Source of the DNA: Octopus vulgaris
Lineage: Eukaryota
Length of the DNA stretch: 64,000 nucleotides
NCBI GenBank assembly: GCA_951406725.2
Contig: OX597819.1
Span: 80,972,001-81,036,000 of the forward strand
Direction of reading: 5' to 3'
The position numbers and the translations under genes were made by a program. Under the pieces are notes generated by a model that had not been told where the DNA came from, ran no database searches, and saw nothing but the letters and a program-made list of their open reading frames with translations. Shown here one piece after another: positions 24,349-37,664 of the stretch (within the stretch, counting starts at the first letter, position 1; each line of letters begins with the position of its first letter).

Positions 24349-24934
24349 CAATTATGGTCGTAAGTCGACGATGACCTGTAAATGAATGTAACACAGGAGC
24401 AAATATCTCTGCTTCTTACTTCCACTTCTGTATACAATACAATGAGTAAGCTTGTACATGGTCACTCCATCTACTAGAAATAATAACAAATTCTCCATCC
24501 TCTAAAAGAGAAGAACACATTAAAATGGTAGGCTTAATCTGTTACTTGGTTTAACGTCACTACATGACATCGTAAGTGCCCTTATGGAAGTCCACCAGAA
24601 ATGCACTCGAAGTATCAGAACCACAGTAATCTCCTTACAACTATTAGAGTTCTTACTGATATTGCTGTAGCTATTATTGTTATTCTTTAGGTCAGGCCAA
24701 ATTTGACTACAAGGATCTGTTATAAAAGATTTTCCATTCTTCATCATCCTGTCTTTTATTTTTCTTTCTTTTCAAGTAGTAAGCATCCAGCGCTATATTA
24801 TTCAAAGTCTTTTTGTTTTGGGTTTTTTTTCGTTTAAAAATATAGAGTTATCAGAAGCAGATTTGGTTGCCACTTCTCGCAGGTCGATCAAGCGGCTCTC
24901 GCTTTCAATTGAAAAGTAATAAATACATATTGTT

Positions 24935-25145
24935 TTCAAATTTTAGTAAAAGCCCAGCAGTTTCGGAGGAAGGGGGTAAGTCGATGACATCAATTCCAGT
25001 ATTCAGCTGATACTTATTTTATTGACTCCGAAAGGATGAAAGGCAAAGTTGATCTCGGTGGAATTTGAACTCAGAACATGAATATGGACAAAATGCCGCG
25101 AAACATTTCGCCCGGCGTGCTAACGATTCTGTAAGCTCGTCGTCT
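24935..25145 (-). mobile_element. SINE family C
   Basis: Matches the family C consensus. Confidence 0.8.
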
Positions 25146-25162
25146 TATAGTAAATAAATGTT

Positions 25163-25490
25163 TGGTGAAGGCGCGTGGCTTAGTGGTTAGGGCATTCAGC
25201 TCACGATTGTAAGGTCGTGAGTTCAATTCCAAGCAACGCGTTGTGTCCTTGAGCAAGACACTTTATTTCATGTTGCTCCAGTCCACTCAGCTGGCAAAAA
25301 TGAGTTGTACCTGTATTTCAAAGGGCCGGCCTTGTCACACTGTGTGTCACGCTGAATCTCCCTGAGAACTACGTTAAGGGTACACGTGTCTGTGGAGTGC
25401 TCAGCCACTTGCACGTTAATTTCACGAGCAGGCTGTTCTGTTGATCGTATCAGCTGGGACCCTCGTCGTCGTAACCGACGGAGTGCTCCT
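25163..25490 (+). mobile_element. tRNA-derived SINE sharing its 3' half with family A
   Basis: TGGCTTAGTGGTTAGGGCA...GAGTTCAATTCC head, TGTGTCCTTGAGCAAGACACTT central motif, and 3' end GTCGTCGTAACCGACGGAGTGC as at 27910-27932. Confidence 0.8.
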
Positions 25491-25774
25491 TTATAAAAAA
25501 ATAATTGTTAAAGGGAATAAAAATGTTTAACCTTTCCATAGTTTTTGCCTCCCACATATTTAACCTTTCCATAGTTTTTGCCCCCCGCATATTTTTTCCT
25601 ATTTTTCACTAATTGTATACTCCAAAATAGAAACATTGTTGTTAGTGTGTCCTGGATTTTTAGTTGCGTCACACTGTGAAATTACGTCTTAATATAATTA
25701 CAGTGTAACCCAAAGATTGTTTTCTCATTTGAAGTGAATCCTGCTAAATTCTTTGAATGCAAATTCTGCTTTAT

Positions 25775-26080
25775 ACATACATAACACCTATGCTGAACTT
25801 TTTGAGAAATTTGCAGTTACTCTATCGATATTACAAGTTCAAGTTTATACCTGTAATTATTGGGGCCCTGGGATATGTAACACACTGCCTAAATACCAAT
25901 CTTGAGAAATTAAGCTTCTGAAAACCAGAAAGGAGAAAGCCAATTCGAAGACGACAGATCCAATCCATCACTGGATCTGTAAAAACCTTTAAAACTTTCC
26001 AGAAGTTTATTATTTAAATATATATGAACATGTCTACATATGTAACTATATGCATGAAAAACGTACATACAACATACAAA
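25775..26080 (+). mobile_element. Dong/R4-type (restriction-like endonuclease) LINE 3' fragment
   Basis: LRNLQLLYRYYKFKFIPVIIGALGYVTHCLNTNLEKL...IQSITGSVKTFKTF; paralogous to 57810-58180. Confidence 0.75.
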
Positions 26081-26403
26081 TCTGCACCTACATACACACT
26101 CACACACACACATACATACATACATGCATGCATACATACATAAATACATACATACATACCTCGCCATATTGCCGTTCACCTGTCGTGGTTTATTATTTAA
26201 GCTTACGTCGATTCCTCTTTGGTGTTGTTTTGCATTTATAATAAAATAAATATATACGAATTATAAAAACAATTTAAAAATTATACAGTACGGTACTGTT
26301 TCTACTTCACTTATTTTCACCTATCGCGGGGTGGGGGTTTGGAACATAACACCCACGATAGTCGAGGGATTACTGTACACACACACACACACACACATGT
26401 TGT

Positions 26404-26698
26404 ATCCTTCGTCTCCAAATGTTGTACCGCCATGATATTGTGACGGATGGTTTAGATACACTATACCAGTTTTGTAACAGTAAGCAAGATAATGATGCAC
26501 CCGTAATAACAACGTAAAGATCCAACAATCTCTTCATGAACCAACAATCAATATTCCAAACCAACTAACCAGCCGACAGCTTCCGACTTCACTGTGAGCT
26601 TAACTGAACTAACACACAAGCTCCATTCCGACTGCTACTATTTATAATCGCTCATTCCATGCTACTTCTCGCAAGGGGGCGTCGTGGCTCTCAATACA
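26404..26698 (-). mobile_element. LTR (TG...CA, 279 bp, 26420-26698) followed by a primer-binding site; gypsy-like
   Basis: Minus strand TGTATTGAG...TATAAATA...GTACAACA, then TT and TGGAGACGAAGGAT (PBS-like, cf. TGGCGACGAGGAT). Confidence 0.6.
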
Positions 26699-26791
26699 TC
26701 ACTCCTTCTGAGATCTCGACTTCGGTAAATAAGTTATTTTTTATTAAGCATAACTAGTCAGGGGACCTTTGCCCAAAATGCATTAAATGAC

Positions 26792-26822
<31 letters not shown>

Positions 26823-27047
26823 CACACACATTTTATCGTCTGTTGTCGAAAGCATACAAGCTAACATTTCGAAGTCAGTCTTTCCATTGTAAAAGTTTAA
26901 TAAACATGTAGTTAACAAAAAATATCGAGTAACCCTTCAGTTACATCTTAAATTGCTTTTGTATGTAACTTTACATGAACACTCAAAAGTCTATGTAAAG
27001 TTGTATATGTATAAAAAGAATTAAAAGTATGCAGCTTCGTAATAAAC

Positions 27048-27099
<52 letters not shown>

Positions 27100-27142
27100 T
27101 TATTATCATTGATACATACATACATAATACATACATACATAC

Positions 27143-27198
<56 letters not shown>

Positions 27199-27294
27199 TA
27201 TTTTATTTATATTGTAATTAGGGAATAAAATTTCCGGCGTTACAGGGATTCAAATAAATTGAATTATTCTCAAAAAGAAAATATATGCCATTTC

Positions 27295-27985
27295 GAGATA
27301 GACGTCTCCATGCAATTCATCAAATCCTAATTTACATCACACCATATCATAGAATTTATTTTAATACTTACTATTTCAGTTCGAAATTTCACTTCTACAC
27401 GTGTTTCATGAGGTGCGTTTAAAGTTCCCAAGACCCACAGACTTTTTCAGAAACATGTCTTAACTGCAACCCGTGTAGAAGTGAAATTTCGAACTGAAAT
27501 AGTAAGTATTAAAATAAATTCTATGATATGGTGTGATGTATATTAGGATTTGTGGAGGCGCAATGGCCCAGTGGTTAGGGCAGCGGACTCGCGGTCATAG
27601 GATCGCGGTTTCGATTCCCAGACCAGGCGTTGTGAGTGTTTATTGAGCGAAAACACCTAAAGCTCCACGAGGCTCCGGCAAGGGATGGTGGTGATTCCTG
27701 CTGTACTCTTTCACCACAACTTTCTCTCACTCTTACTTCCTGTTTCTGTTGTACCTGTATTTCAAAGGGCCGGCCTTGTCACTCTCTTTGTCACGCTGAA
27801 TTTCCCCGAGAACTACGTTAAGGGTGCACGTGTCTGTGGAGTGCTCAGCCACTTACACGTTAATTTCACGAGCAGGCTGTTCCGTTGATTCGGATAAACC
27901 GGAACCCTCGTCGTCGTAACCGACGGAGTGCTTCCAATATTCCAATATTAGGATTTGATGAATTGCATGGAGACTTCTATCTCTA
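27295..27985. repeat. Foldback with ~105-bp arms; right arm split by a SINE
   Basis: 27295-27401 versus 27472-27552 plus 27945-27983 as reverse complement. Confidence 0.85.
27552..27944 (+). mobile_element. Full-length SINE family A with TSD
   Basis: tRNA-like head; TSD ATATTAGGATTTG at ~27540-27552 and ~27945-27957. Confidence 0.9.
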
Positions 27986-27988
27986 AAT

Positions 27989-28042
<54 letters not shown>

Positions 28043-28135
28043 GATAAGAGTAAATAATTTCTATAAAGGCTTTTAAAAAAACCCCAATTATTTACTGGTA
28101 GAATTCGGTATGTAAATATAGCCGATTACCGGCAG

Positions 28136-28200
<65 letters not shown>

Positions 28201-28206
28201 AATATA

Positions 28207-28584
28207 TCTTTTTCTCTTTTTTACTTGTTTCAGTCATTTAACTGCGGCCATGCTGAAGCACCACCTTTTAGTCGAGCAAATCGACCCCAGGTCTTATTCT
28301 TTGTAAGCCCAGTACTTATTCTATCGGTCTCTTTTGCCGAACCGCTAAGTGACGGGGACGTAAACACACCAATGCTAGGGGGACAAACACGCACACACAA
28401 ACACACACACACACACTTACATATATATACATATATACGACAGGCTTCTTTCAGTTTCCGTCTACCAAATCCACTCACAAGGCATTAGTCGGCCCGGGGC
28501 TATAGCAGAAGACACTTGCCCAAGATGCCACGCAGTGGGACTGAACCCGGAACCATGTGGTTGGTTAGCAAGCTAACCACTCCT

Positions 28585-28630
<46 letters not shown>

Positions 28631-28978
28631 CTTTTTCTCTTTTTCACTTGTTTCAGTCTTATTCTTTGTAAGCCTAGTACTTATTCTATCGGTCTCTTTT
28701 ACCGAACCGCTAAGTTACGGGGACGTAAACATACCAGCATCGGTTGTCAAGCGATGTTGGGGGGACAAACACAGAAACACAAACACACACACACACATAT
28801 ATACATATATATACATGCGATGGGCTTCTTTCAGTTTCCGTCTACCAAATCCACTCACAAGTCTTTGATCGGCCCGAGGCTATAGTAGAAGACACTTTCC
28901 CAAGGTGCCACGCAGTGGGACTGAACCCGGAACCGTGTGGTTAGTAAGCAGGCTACTTACCACACAGCCACTCCTGCG
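28207..28978 (-). mobile_element. Two tandem SINE family B copies (28207-28589, 28629-28978) separated by (TA)n
   Basis: Both match the family B consensus. Confidence 0.85.
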
Positions 28979-29240
28979 ATAAATTCTTATTAGTTGACGA
29001 GGCGCAGTAAGATCCGCTGGCGAGAACTGAGATGCCGTACATCAGAATTTGAAATCAAGTGATATGTGTATATCTGCTACTTCAATTGTGAGCTCGTCTC
29101 ACTACTGTACGGAGTTTTCTCGCTTCCTCTCTTCCGTCAACGTATTAAGATAGCGCTTTTTGTGATTAATCGAGTCGTTTTGACTCTTATTTCTAGCAAT
29201 GCTGTTACCATTTTGTACCCTTGCTACCTTAGTGTCGTTG

Positions 29241-29288
<48 letters not shown>

Positions 29289-29415
29289 TTAATTAATAAG
29301 GGTGAGAGAATTAGATACTAATTTAATAGTATATTTATTCCACACCAAGTGGCCTAGTGCTACGAGAAACCTGGATTATTATAATATTTTATAACATATT
29401 ACAATATTTTCACAA

Positions 29416-29712
29416 AATAAATATAAGAGAGTGGTCACTATATTGATCACTCTAGCACCAGTTAATCCAAAGGTTTCAACCACGAAAAATACATGTTTCC
29501 CATGAAAGCCAGTACGACTGTTAGCTCACACGGACAGGGCAAATAAAAAATAACAAAAATACAGATTATTTTTTTTGTTATTTTTTATTTGCCCTGTCCG
29601 TGTGAGCTAACAGTCGTACTGGCTTTCATGGGAAACATGTATTTTTCGTGGTTGAAACCTTTTGGATTAACTGGTGCTAGAGTGATCAATATAGTGACCA
29701 CTCTCTTATATT

Positions 29713-29716
<4 letters not shown>
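29416..29716. repeat. Near-perfect palindrome with ~144-bp arms and ~12-nt spacer, within an element flanked by (TA)n
   Basis: AATAAATATAAGAGAGTGGTCAC...GGCAAATAAAAAATAACAAAAA / TTTTTGTTATTTTTTATTTGCC...GTGACCACTCTCTTATATTTATT. Confidence 0.95.
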
Positions 29717-29774
<58 letters not shown>

Positions 29775-30170
29775 TTATGTGTGTGTGTGTCTGTGTTTGT
29801 CCCGCTCCCATGCTTGACAACCTATGTTGGTGTGTTTACGTTCCCGTAACTTATCGGTTCGGCGAAAGAACCGATAGAATAAGCATTAGGCTTACAAAGT
29901 CCTGGGGTCAATTTCTTCGTCTAAAAACCCCCTTAAGGTAGTGCTCTAACATGGCCGCAGTCAATTGATTGAAACAAGTAAAAGAATTTAAAATTATAGA
30001 CCTAGGCATGGCTCTGTAGTAAGAAGTTTGCTTCGCGAACACCTGGTTCCGGGTTCAGTCTCACTGCGTGGCACATTCGACGATTGACTCCCACTTTACC
30101 AACGGTCCCCTTGTGAGCAGATTTGATGAACGGAAACTGAAAGAAGTCCGTCATAAGTGTGTGTGTGTGT

Positions 30171-30222
<52 letters not shown>

Positions 30223-30440
30223 ACGCGCGTGTTTGTATCTGCGTTTGTCTCTCATCACCACTTGATGTGTTTACGTCCCTATAACTTAGAGATTCAGCAA
30301 AAAAGACCGATAGAATTAGTACCAGGTTTAAAAAGGAAATAATTACAGGAGTTGATTAATTCAACTAAAATTCCTTAAAATGGTGCCCCAGCACGACCGC
30401 AGTATAATGGCTGAAATAAGTAAAAGAAATAAAAGAAAAG
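29775..30440 (+). mobile_element. SINE family B: a 3' half followed by a diverged full copy
   Basis: Family B motifs. Confidence 0.8.
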
Positions 30441-30562
30441 ATTAAGTTTATTTGGTTTAAAAATTAAAATTAATTTTCCGCAAAGTGGGAGTGACAGAAA
30501 GGATTTCAAATCTACTGGAATAAACATGCGCAAGTTCAAGGTCAATATTCTAAAAAAATCCT

Positions 30563-30748
30563 CTGGGCAAAATGCTTAGTGATATTTCGTCTGTCTTTAC
30601 GTTCAAAGTTCAAACTCTGCCGTTGTCGACTTTGCCTTTCATCCTTTCGGGGTCACTAGATTAAGTACCAGTTGCGTACTGGGGTCGATCTAATCGACTG
30701 GCCCCCTCCCCCGAAAAAATTTCGGGCCTTGTGCTTAGAGTAGAAAAG
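30563..30748 (+). mobile_element. 5'-truncated SINE family C with 19-bp TSD
   Basis: AATATTCTAAAAAAATCCT at 30544-30562 and 30749-30767. Confidence 0.85.
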
Positions 30749-31859
30749 AATATTCTAAAAAAATCCTTTCATTTAGGATATTTTCATTAAAAGGGTTGGT
30801 ATGGAGTGTGGAATAGTATAAAGTATGCAAATACTAAATATTTTGTAAGGAAATTATGTTAATTCACTTAAATGTTGATTGACTTTTTAATTAGTGTGTC
30901 AAGGAATTTGTAATCGATTGAAAGTACACCCTAAATAAATAGAGTAGTTTTTAACGTTAATGGTAATTCTTTTTAAGAATGGCAAGAGAGAGAACTCCGC
31001 AATTTATATTAAGAATCAACTTTTCGTGACGTTAAGTCAGTTATGTTTTACGAGGGTTAACATCGCGTCCTTTTTCTGAAAAACAAAAAAGTTGAACAAC
31101 AAAGACATACATGATAGGTATCTACCTTAAGATTTATACGTTTTGAGATAATGAACTGCCAAATAGTATGAAAACAAACTAGAAAAATGTAAACAAATTA
31201 GAAAAACCGAAATATCGGTGAAGGTAACAAATAGCTGAAAGTCACTAAGTAACAACTTCAGGTAGTAGCCTTGAGATTCGGCCTACTACTGATGTACACG
31301 AAGATTAGATGCTAACTTGTGACATAAGACAAGTAAATTTTGAAAGGTATTTTTTGTGTGCCAGGGTATTCTAAAGAAATTACTGTTATGTAACTATTTA
31401 GACATTGACAGTTAATTTCAAAGTTTGTTTCGTCTGGAATTTTATCCCAAGGACACCAGGAATATTGTGTCTTTCAAGTTAATAAAAATAAAAGGAAAAT
31501 CAATTTTGATGGGTTTTTTTTATGTTTCTGTGTTGGTATTTTACGAAAGCTTTTTGTGAACAATGAATAAGTGGCCTCGGTTGTCAAAGATTGTTATACC
31601 CAGGTGTCGTGACGGAACTTCAAGGACGTCATTGTTGATATTAAAATTCTTTCACAGTTTTATGGGGTAAGTCCAGTTCTATTTTTTACTATTATTTTAT
31701 TTCATTTGGGAAGCAAATTCTTTACTGTTTCAATGAAATTTAATTTTAAAACAGTTAAGACACACGCACTTTTATAATTAAATTTGACTGCGATTTCGAG
31801 TATTTTGTATGAAATATGTTGAAGCAGTGAGATTCGAAATATTCTAAGTATTTCCACTG

Positions 31860-32222
31860 GGCGTGGATGTGTGGTAAGAAGTTTGTTTCTCAACTATTCG
31901 GCTCCAGTTTCAATCCCTCTGTTGCATCTTCGACTAGTGTCTTCTACTATAGCCTCAGATTAATCAAAGCCTTGTGAGTTAATTTGGTAAACGGAAACTG
32001 AAATAATCCCGTCGTATATATATGTGTGTGTGTGTTTCTTACTACTACTTGACAACCAGTGTTGGCTTGTTTACAACCCAGCAAGTTAGCAGTTCGTGAA
32101 AAGAGATCGATTGAATAAATACTAGATTTAAAAGAATGTAGTGGGATCAATTTATTTGACTAAACCCTTCAACGCAGTGCCCCAACATGGTCGCAGTCAA
32201 ATGACTGAAACAAGTAAAAGAT
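31860..32222 (+). mobile_element. Diverged SINE family B
   Basis: Family B motifs. Confidence 0.75.
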
Positions 32223-32239
32223 TAAAAAAATAATAACGA

Positions 32240-32980
32240 TGGGCCATGTCTTCTGTTAAGGAAATGTTACTTTCTCTCTTCCCCTCTGTCACATCACCAC
32301 CAATTCCATTCCCAACATTATCATATATATCAATTCGAGCACGAAAAAAACTGGTGGCGACCCAGATTGATTTTCTTGGAGAGGAAAACTGCGACACATC
32401 TTCAAAATGATACACGATATGTATCCCGCAGTTAAAGAAGTAAGTACATCAGTTAATCTGATAGTATTTTTTACGCTTAAGCGCACAATTACACAAGAAA
32501 AATGCCAAGATAGAGATTATTTAATTATTAATTATTAATAGGTTAATGAGAAAAAGGTCAACAAGTAGAATAAAAGGCATTCAATAATAGGATATGCCAT
32601 GATTAAAAATAAGATTTTCTTTTAGTATGTCTATGTGCGCAGGAAGAACCGAGAAACATCAACACCTCAGGGATGAATTCAACAACTTATTTTGTACATC
32701 ATCTTCCGCCTAGTCTCAGAATTTATTTTACCATCTCCAAAGCTCTTGTCCTTATCACTGGCATCTCTATCACTATCAATATACCTCTAGGCATTACCGA
32801 CTTAGTGGCTTCAACACATATTTCTACTTATCCACTTCTCATCTTATTGCACTAAAACCGCCTTCTCGCCGACTGTGCAAAAAGGATTTTTTTTCTAATT
32901 GCCTAATATGGTTTCAGTCATCCGTCTGACTGCTTCTGATGAACCAAGGGTGAAAGCAATGTAATATCAGGAACGGTCAG
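32240..32980 (+). mobile_element. Old PLE 3' remnant ending in a hammerhead-like motif (32926-32980)
   Basis: Decayed reading ending ...ETSTPQGMNS, like a PLE endonuclease C-terminus. Motif reads CTT-CTGATGA-ACC aag GGT-GAAA...TC-AGG with an outer CTGAC/GTCAG helix. Confidence 0.5.
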
Positions 32981-32992
32981 CATATAACTACA

Positions 32993-33400
32993 CAAGGTGG
33001 CGAGCTGGCAGAACCGTTAGCGGCATTTCGACCGCCTTTATGTTCTGAGTTCAAATTCTGCCTTTCATCCTTTCGGGGTCGATAAAATAAGTACCAATTG
33101 AATACTGGGGTCAATGTAATCAACTTAGACGCTTCCTCGAAATTGCTGGCATTGTACCTAAGTTTGAAATCAGTAGCTTTACCACACAAAGTGGCGAGCC
33201 GGCAAAATCGTGTGCATACTGCACAAAATACTTAGCGTCATTTCGTTCGTCTTTACGTTCTGAGTTCAATTTCTGCCGAAGTCGACTTTGCTGTACATAC
33301 TTTCGTAGTCGATAAAATAAATGCCAGGTCGATAAAATAAGTAACAGTACTTACCCCGCCACTGAAATTGCTGGCCTAATGCCAAAATTCTAAACCAATA
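32993..33400 (+). mobile_element. Two tandem SINE family C copies
   Basis: GGCGAGC(T/C)GGCA heads at ~32999 and ~33193. Confidence 0.75.
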
Positions 33401-33820
33401 TTTCTACTACACAAGTTTGTTAGCTCCATTTCCTAGAAGGGTAACACCACTGACCCAACCACAATGGTCATATCATACTCACTTCTAATTTCTCAAAGAT
33501 AATGGAGATAGTTATTAGCAATAATTTTTTTCCAACATCTTGATTCATTCTTTCTCTTCTGTGACCATGAGTACAGCATGAGAAAGCTAAGTCGCATAGA
33601 GCAAGAATCAGTTGACTTTGAAGTATCACAGGGTCCGAGAGATGAGAAGCGTTGCGTAGAATATGGATGTGTAGTGGGTGGTCGAGGTAAAAAAAAAATG
33701 GCTGGTTAGTTCGATAGATGCAGAGTTGCGGATAATTTGACAGAACGTGGGTTCGGCGGTGATATATAGACCAAGGGTGATCTACAAAATTAATGGTGAA
33801 AACTTCATGGAATATAAATA

Positions 33821-34152
33821 TACAGGCATAACCACGTCATTACGAGTTAGGTACTTTCGACTTAACATCGTTATTTAAAAATAAATTAATGAAAAACAAA
33901 TCTAAGCTTCCGACAATTTAGGTCTCGGCAGACATATTTAGAAGCATATTTACTTTTTAATATCTATATTAAAAACAAAACACCTTAAAACCAATAACGA
34001 AAATAAAATGCATATGAAAATAAGTACAAACCATTTATTAAAACATATATAAGATAATGAATTTTTAAATATGTTTTTCGTGTTACGTCGTTTTTCGGGT
34101 TAGGTCGCATGTCTTGGAACGAGTTACCGACTGAAGTTGAGATATGCTTGTA
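33821..34152. mobile_element. Tigger/pogo-like MITE
   Basis: Terminal inverted repeats TACAGGCATA / TATGCTTGTA with TA ends and an AT-rich interior. Confidence 0.5.
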
Positions 34153-35456
34153 CGTTACATTATGTTGTATAATGCAACTTAGAAGGGGATAAATATTTTA
34201 AAATATTTTAAATCAACAAATTTATTATACATTGTATAATAATATATATGTTGATTTACTTATAATTGATTTAGAATGTATACTTTTGTGACAAAATATA
34301 GGCGTTCTTGGTTTTAAGTTCGCTGTGGACTACAAAACTTTAGTATTTCACTGTAGTGTACCTGACTTCTTTGTATATGACTTTCATAGCATCTTAAGAA
34401 GAAAATGATATATTGGATAACGTAATCTGAGATAAAGGTACTTAAAAGATGGGATGGTGATGACTAAAATACCTTTGGAAATAGGCATACTCGATTGAGC
34501 TGAAATGGGCCTAAACATCATAAAAAAGAAAGATGAGCTTTTTTGTGACCAGGATCTAAGATTTAAGATCAATTTACAATTGTTTATTACTAGCTGTCAC
34601 CAAGACTACTATGTACACATTTGATTTCAAGATGTAAGCGAAAAAGAAAATTGATGTAATGTATACAATTTGATGTTATATAGGTTACATGAGATAAAAT
34701 CGTTAGATAACAATGATGTATCTGTGTCTCAAATATTATCAGCTAAAAGAATGAACTTTGATCAAAAGGTTATTTATAGATATTGCATCCACTATCTCAA
34801 AATCATATAAAAAATTAATCCAAATATATTAGTGATACAAATTTTAAAGTATTGTGATGACCTGTCAAATCTAAAGGTGATTATTGTGATATGATGAAAA
34901 ATTCAGTTTAGTAAAGGTTAAAATGTAATTAGAATGTCAAATACAGGTTTGTAAAATTTTTTCCAGCAGCATCATTATTCTAATGCCATTTCTCCATTCT
35001 GGTATAAGTTGGTTGAGTCTACAGCACATTATATTACCGCTCTTAAATAATTTGATGTAGTGTTCTTTAGTTTTCACTTACCTGAAGTCTAACAGTTGGA
35101 TTTTCTTTCTATTGCCAACTGCAAACGCGGTGAACTCGGTACATATAGCTTCGTTTATCACTGATTCATTCTTCACATATCCGGGGTAACATGGTACGCT
35201 CAACTGTGAACCATTTTACTCTTAAAACGTGTAAAATAGTACTGAAAATATGTTTCTTATATTCAAAATGTCAATTTTTACATTTTATCTTGAAAATATT
35301 GCTGCTGTAAAGACGGCGAAGTTTGGTAGATTTCTTAGAGTAAACGATAGACTGTGTTGCAGTATTGGTTCCGGGTTTCTGCATTATGAGTTGAAGTCCA
35401 GCTATGGCCAAATCTACCTTTCGTCCTCTGGAGTCAATAGAGGTGTTGAACTTGAT

Positions 35457-35530
<74 letters not shown>

Positions 35531-35539
35531 CATCTATCC

Positions 35540-35606
<67 letters not shown>

Positions 35607-36204
35607 AGTCTAAATCGGTTATGTTGCTTTGTGGATATGGTAGTGGGGGACCAATTACAGTGTCTCTTTCTTCAGAAATAGAATACGGTTGAATATGAGG
35701 TTAGCAATCTCTCCTCAAAGAAAAAAAGAAACAAAAAGAAAAAAAAAACATAAGCAAATAAACCTTACATGCAATCGGAGCCTTCCGAGTTACAGAGCAA
35801 TTGGCAAAACGGTATAGAACGAAAACGAAGAAAAGGAAAAGGTTTAGAAAGACATATTTGAGTTAATTTGTATTACTGAGGTTGCTAACTGTGTTCTTCC
35901 TAAATATGAGTTTTTGTATTTACTATGAGACACGCTGTTCCAGTTTTTTTTTTTTAAATCTGAAGATGTGACTCCAGTTTAAAGATTACAACATAATTAG
36001 GGATACTTAGGAATATTCATCATTGGTTTCAATAAAAAACTGTTTCTAAATAGATAAACATCTGGCCATTAATACATCGTCAGATGGCATAAGGTAGCTG
36101 TTTCAGACCGGGAGATCATGCGCGTAACAAACCATAATAAAGTGCATTATATATGATTTAATTAGTACATATATAATGCATATGTAATTATTATATTGTA
36201 TATT

Positions 36205-36437
36205 ACTCTTTACTCTCTCTCTTTTTACTCTTTTACTTGTTTCAGTCATTTGACTGCGGCCATGCTGGAGCACCGAATTTAATCGAGCAACTCGACCCCG
36301 GGACTTATTCTTTGTAAGCCCAGTATTTATTCTATCGGTCTCTTTTGCCGAACCGCTAAGTGACGGGGACATAAACACACCAGCATCGGTTGTCAAGCAA
36401 TGCTAGGGGGACAAACACAGACACACAAACATACACG

Positions 36438-36479
<42 letters not shown>

Positions 36480-36652
36480 CATATATACGACAGGCTTCTT
36501 TCAGTTTCCGTCTACCAAATCCATTCACAAGGCTTTGGTCGGCTCGAGGCTATAGTAGAAGACACTTGCCCAAGGTGCCACGCAGTGGGACTGAACCCGG
36601 AACCATGTGGTTGGTAAGCAAGCTACTTACCACACAGCCACTCCTGCGCCTA
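36205..36652 (-). mobile_element. Full SINE family B
   Basis: Family B consensus. Confidence 0.9.
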
Positions 36653-37664
36653 TTCACTTTATTTCTATTATTATAACAATTTGTGGTCTTAATTTGTCGG
36701 TGCTTGAAAAATGCCGTGACTTAGGCATGTGTCGGAAGAAGCCCAAACAGAAGATGTAATTTTTCAAAATAAAGCACCTTGCAGATTGCGATAGTCAGTA
36801 ACATAGAAATAAATTTAAAATTTATTCTTTCTGTGCGGAGCGGTAGCAAATTATCCACGGTTTATAGGATGTAGACGGTGTTTATAAGCGTAACTGATAT
36901 TAAAATTTTCTATCGTCTATTGAATTGGTTATCTTTATTGAACAACCGAAGAAAACTCTAACCTTTACTTCTGTTTCTCGTTTTCCTCAAGCAGCCACAT
37001 CCTGGATGTTATGCTGGGCTAAGAGTGGGAAGGCTGCGAAAATGTCTTTATCTGTTCCTGTCACCATAACCACTTATAGCATTGAGCAAAAGCAGAGTTT
37101 ATGGCACCAAGTATGTCAACTGGTCGATTTACAGATAATACTGTCATTGTTTAACTCCCAGACTATGATTAAAAGCATTCTATCTATGATCATTTCGCAT
37201 TTAGTACTAAGATAGTCAAACTGAGAAGTGGTAAATGGCATAAGCTACCAGTACTAAGAAATGTTTTTCATGGCAATCATCTCAAACAGCCTCTGACAAC
37301 CAAATCTAACTCCCGGCTTTCTCGTGCGATTTAGCTTTTAAGTCCAGCGGAAATGCTTGTACTGACGAAGCGGGCGGAAATAGCTTCTGGTGTCTTAAAA
37401 TCAGTACATCGGGTTGATAGAGCTCCTCCGCCTGAGAAGGGAGTTCGTTTAAGAGAAGGCAAACTAACTTCAAATTTCTGCTACCTTGCGGCAATATCCA
37501 TCCATGGGAATGACCGGGATGAAATCTCAAGAAAAAAATCTGCAGGTGACGTTTCTAAGGCTGTCCAGCATTGTTTCCAACATTGTTTTGGAAAATTCCG
37601 TGACAACACTGGTGACAAGTTGTATATGCGCTTGCCCTGCCCTTGGACAACATCAGGGGCGTAA

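Noticed and set aside
25526-25592. 33-bp tandem duplication
   Set aside because: Ordinary slippage duplication with no further structure.
27552-27625. tRNA gene (also 10195, 16318, 25163 and others)
   Set aside because: The A/B boxes continue into SINE bodies with TSDs, so these are SINE heads.
31562-31672. Possible first coding exon (ATG...G|GTAAGT)
   Set aside because: No recognisable protein and no downstream exon identified.
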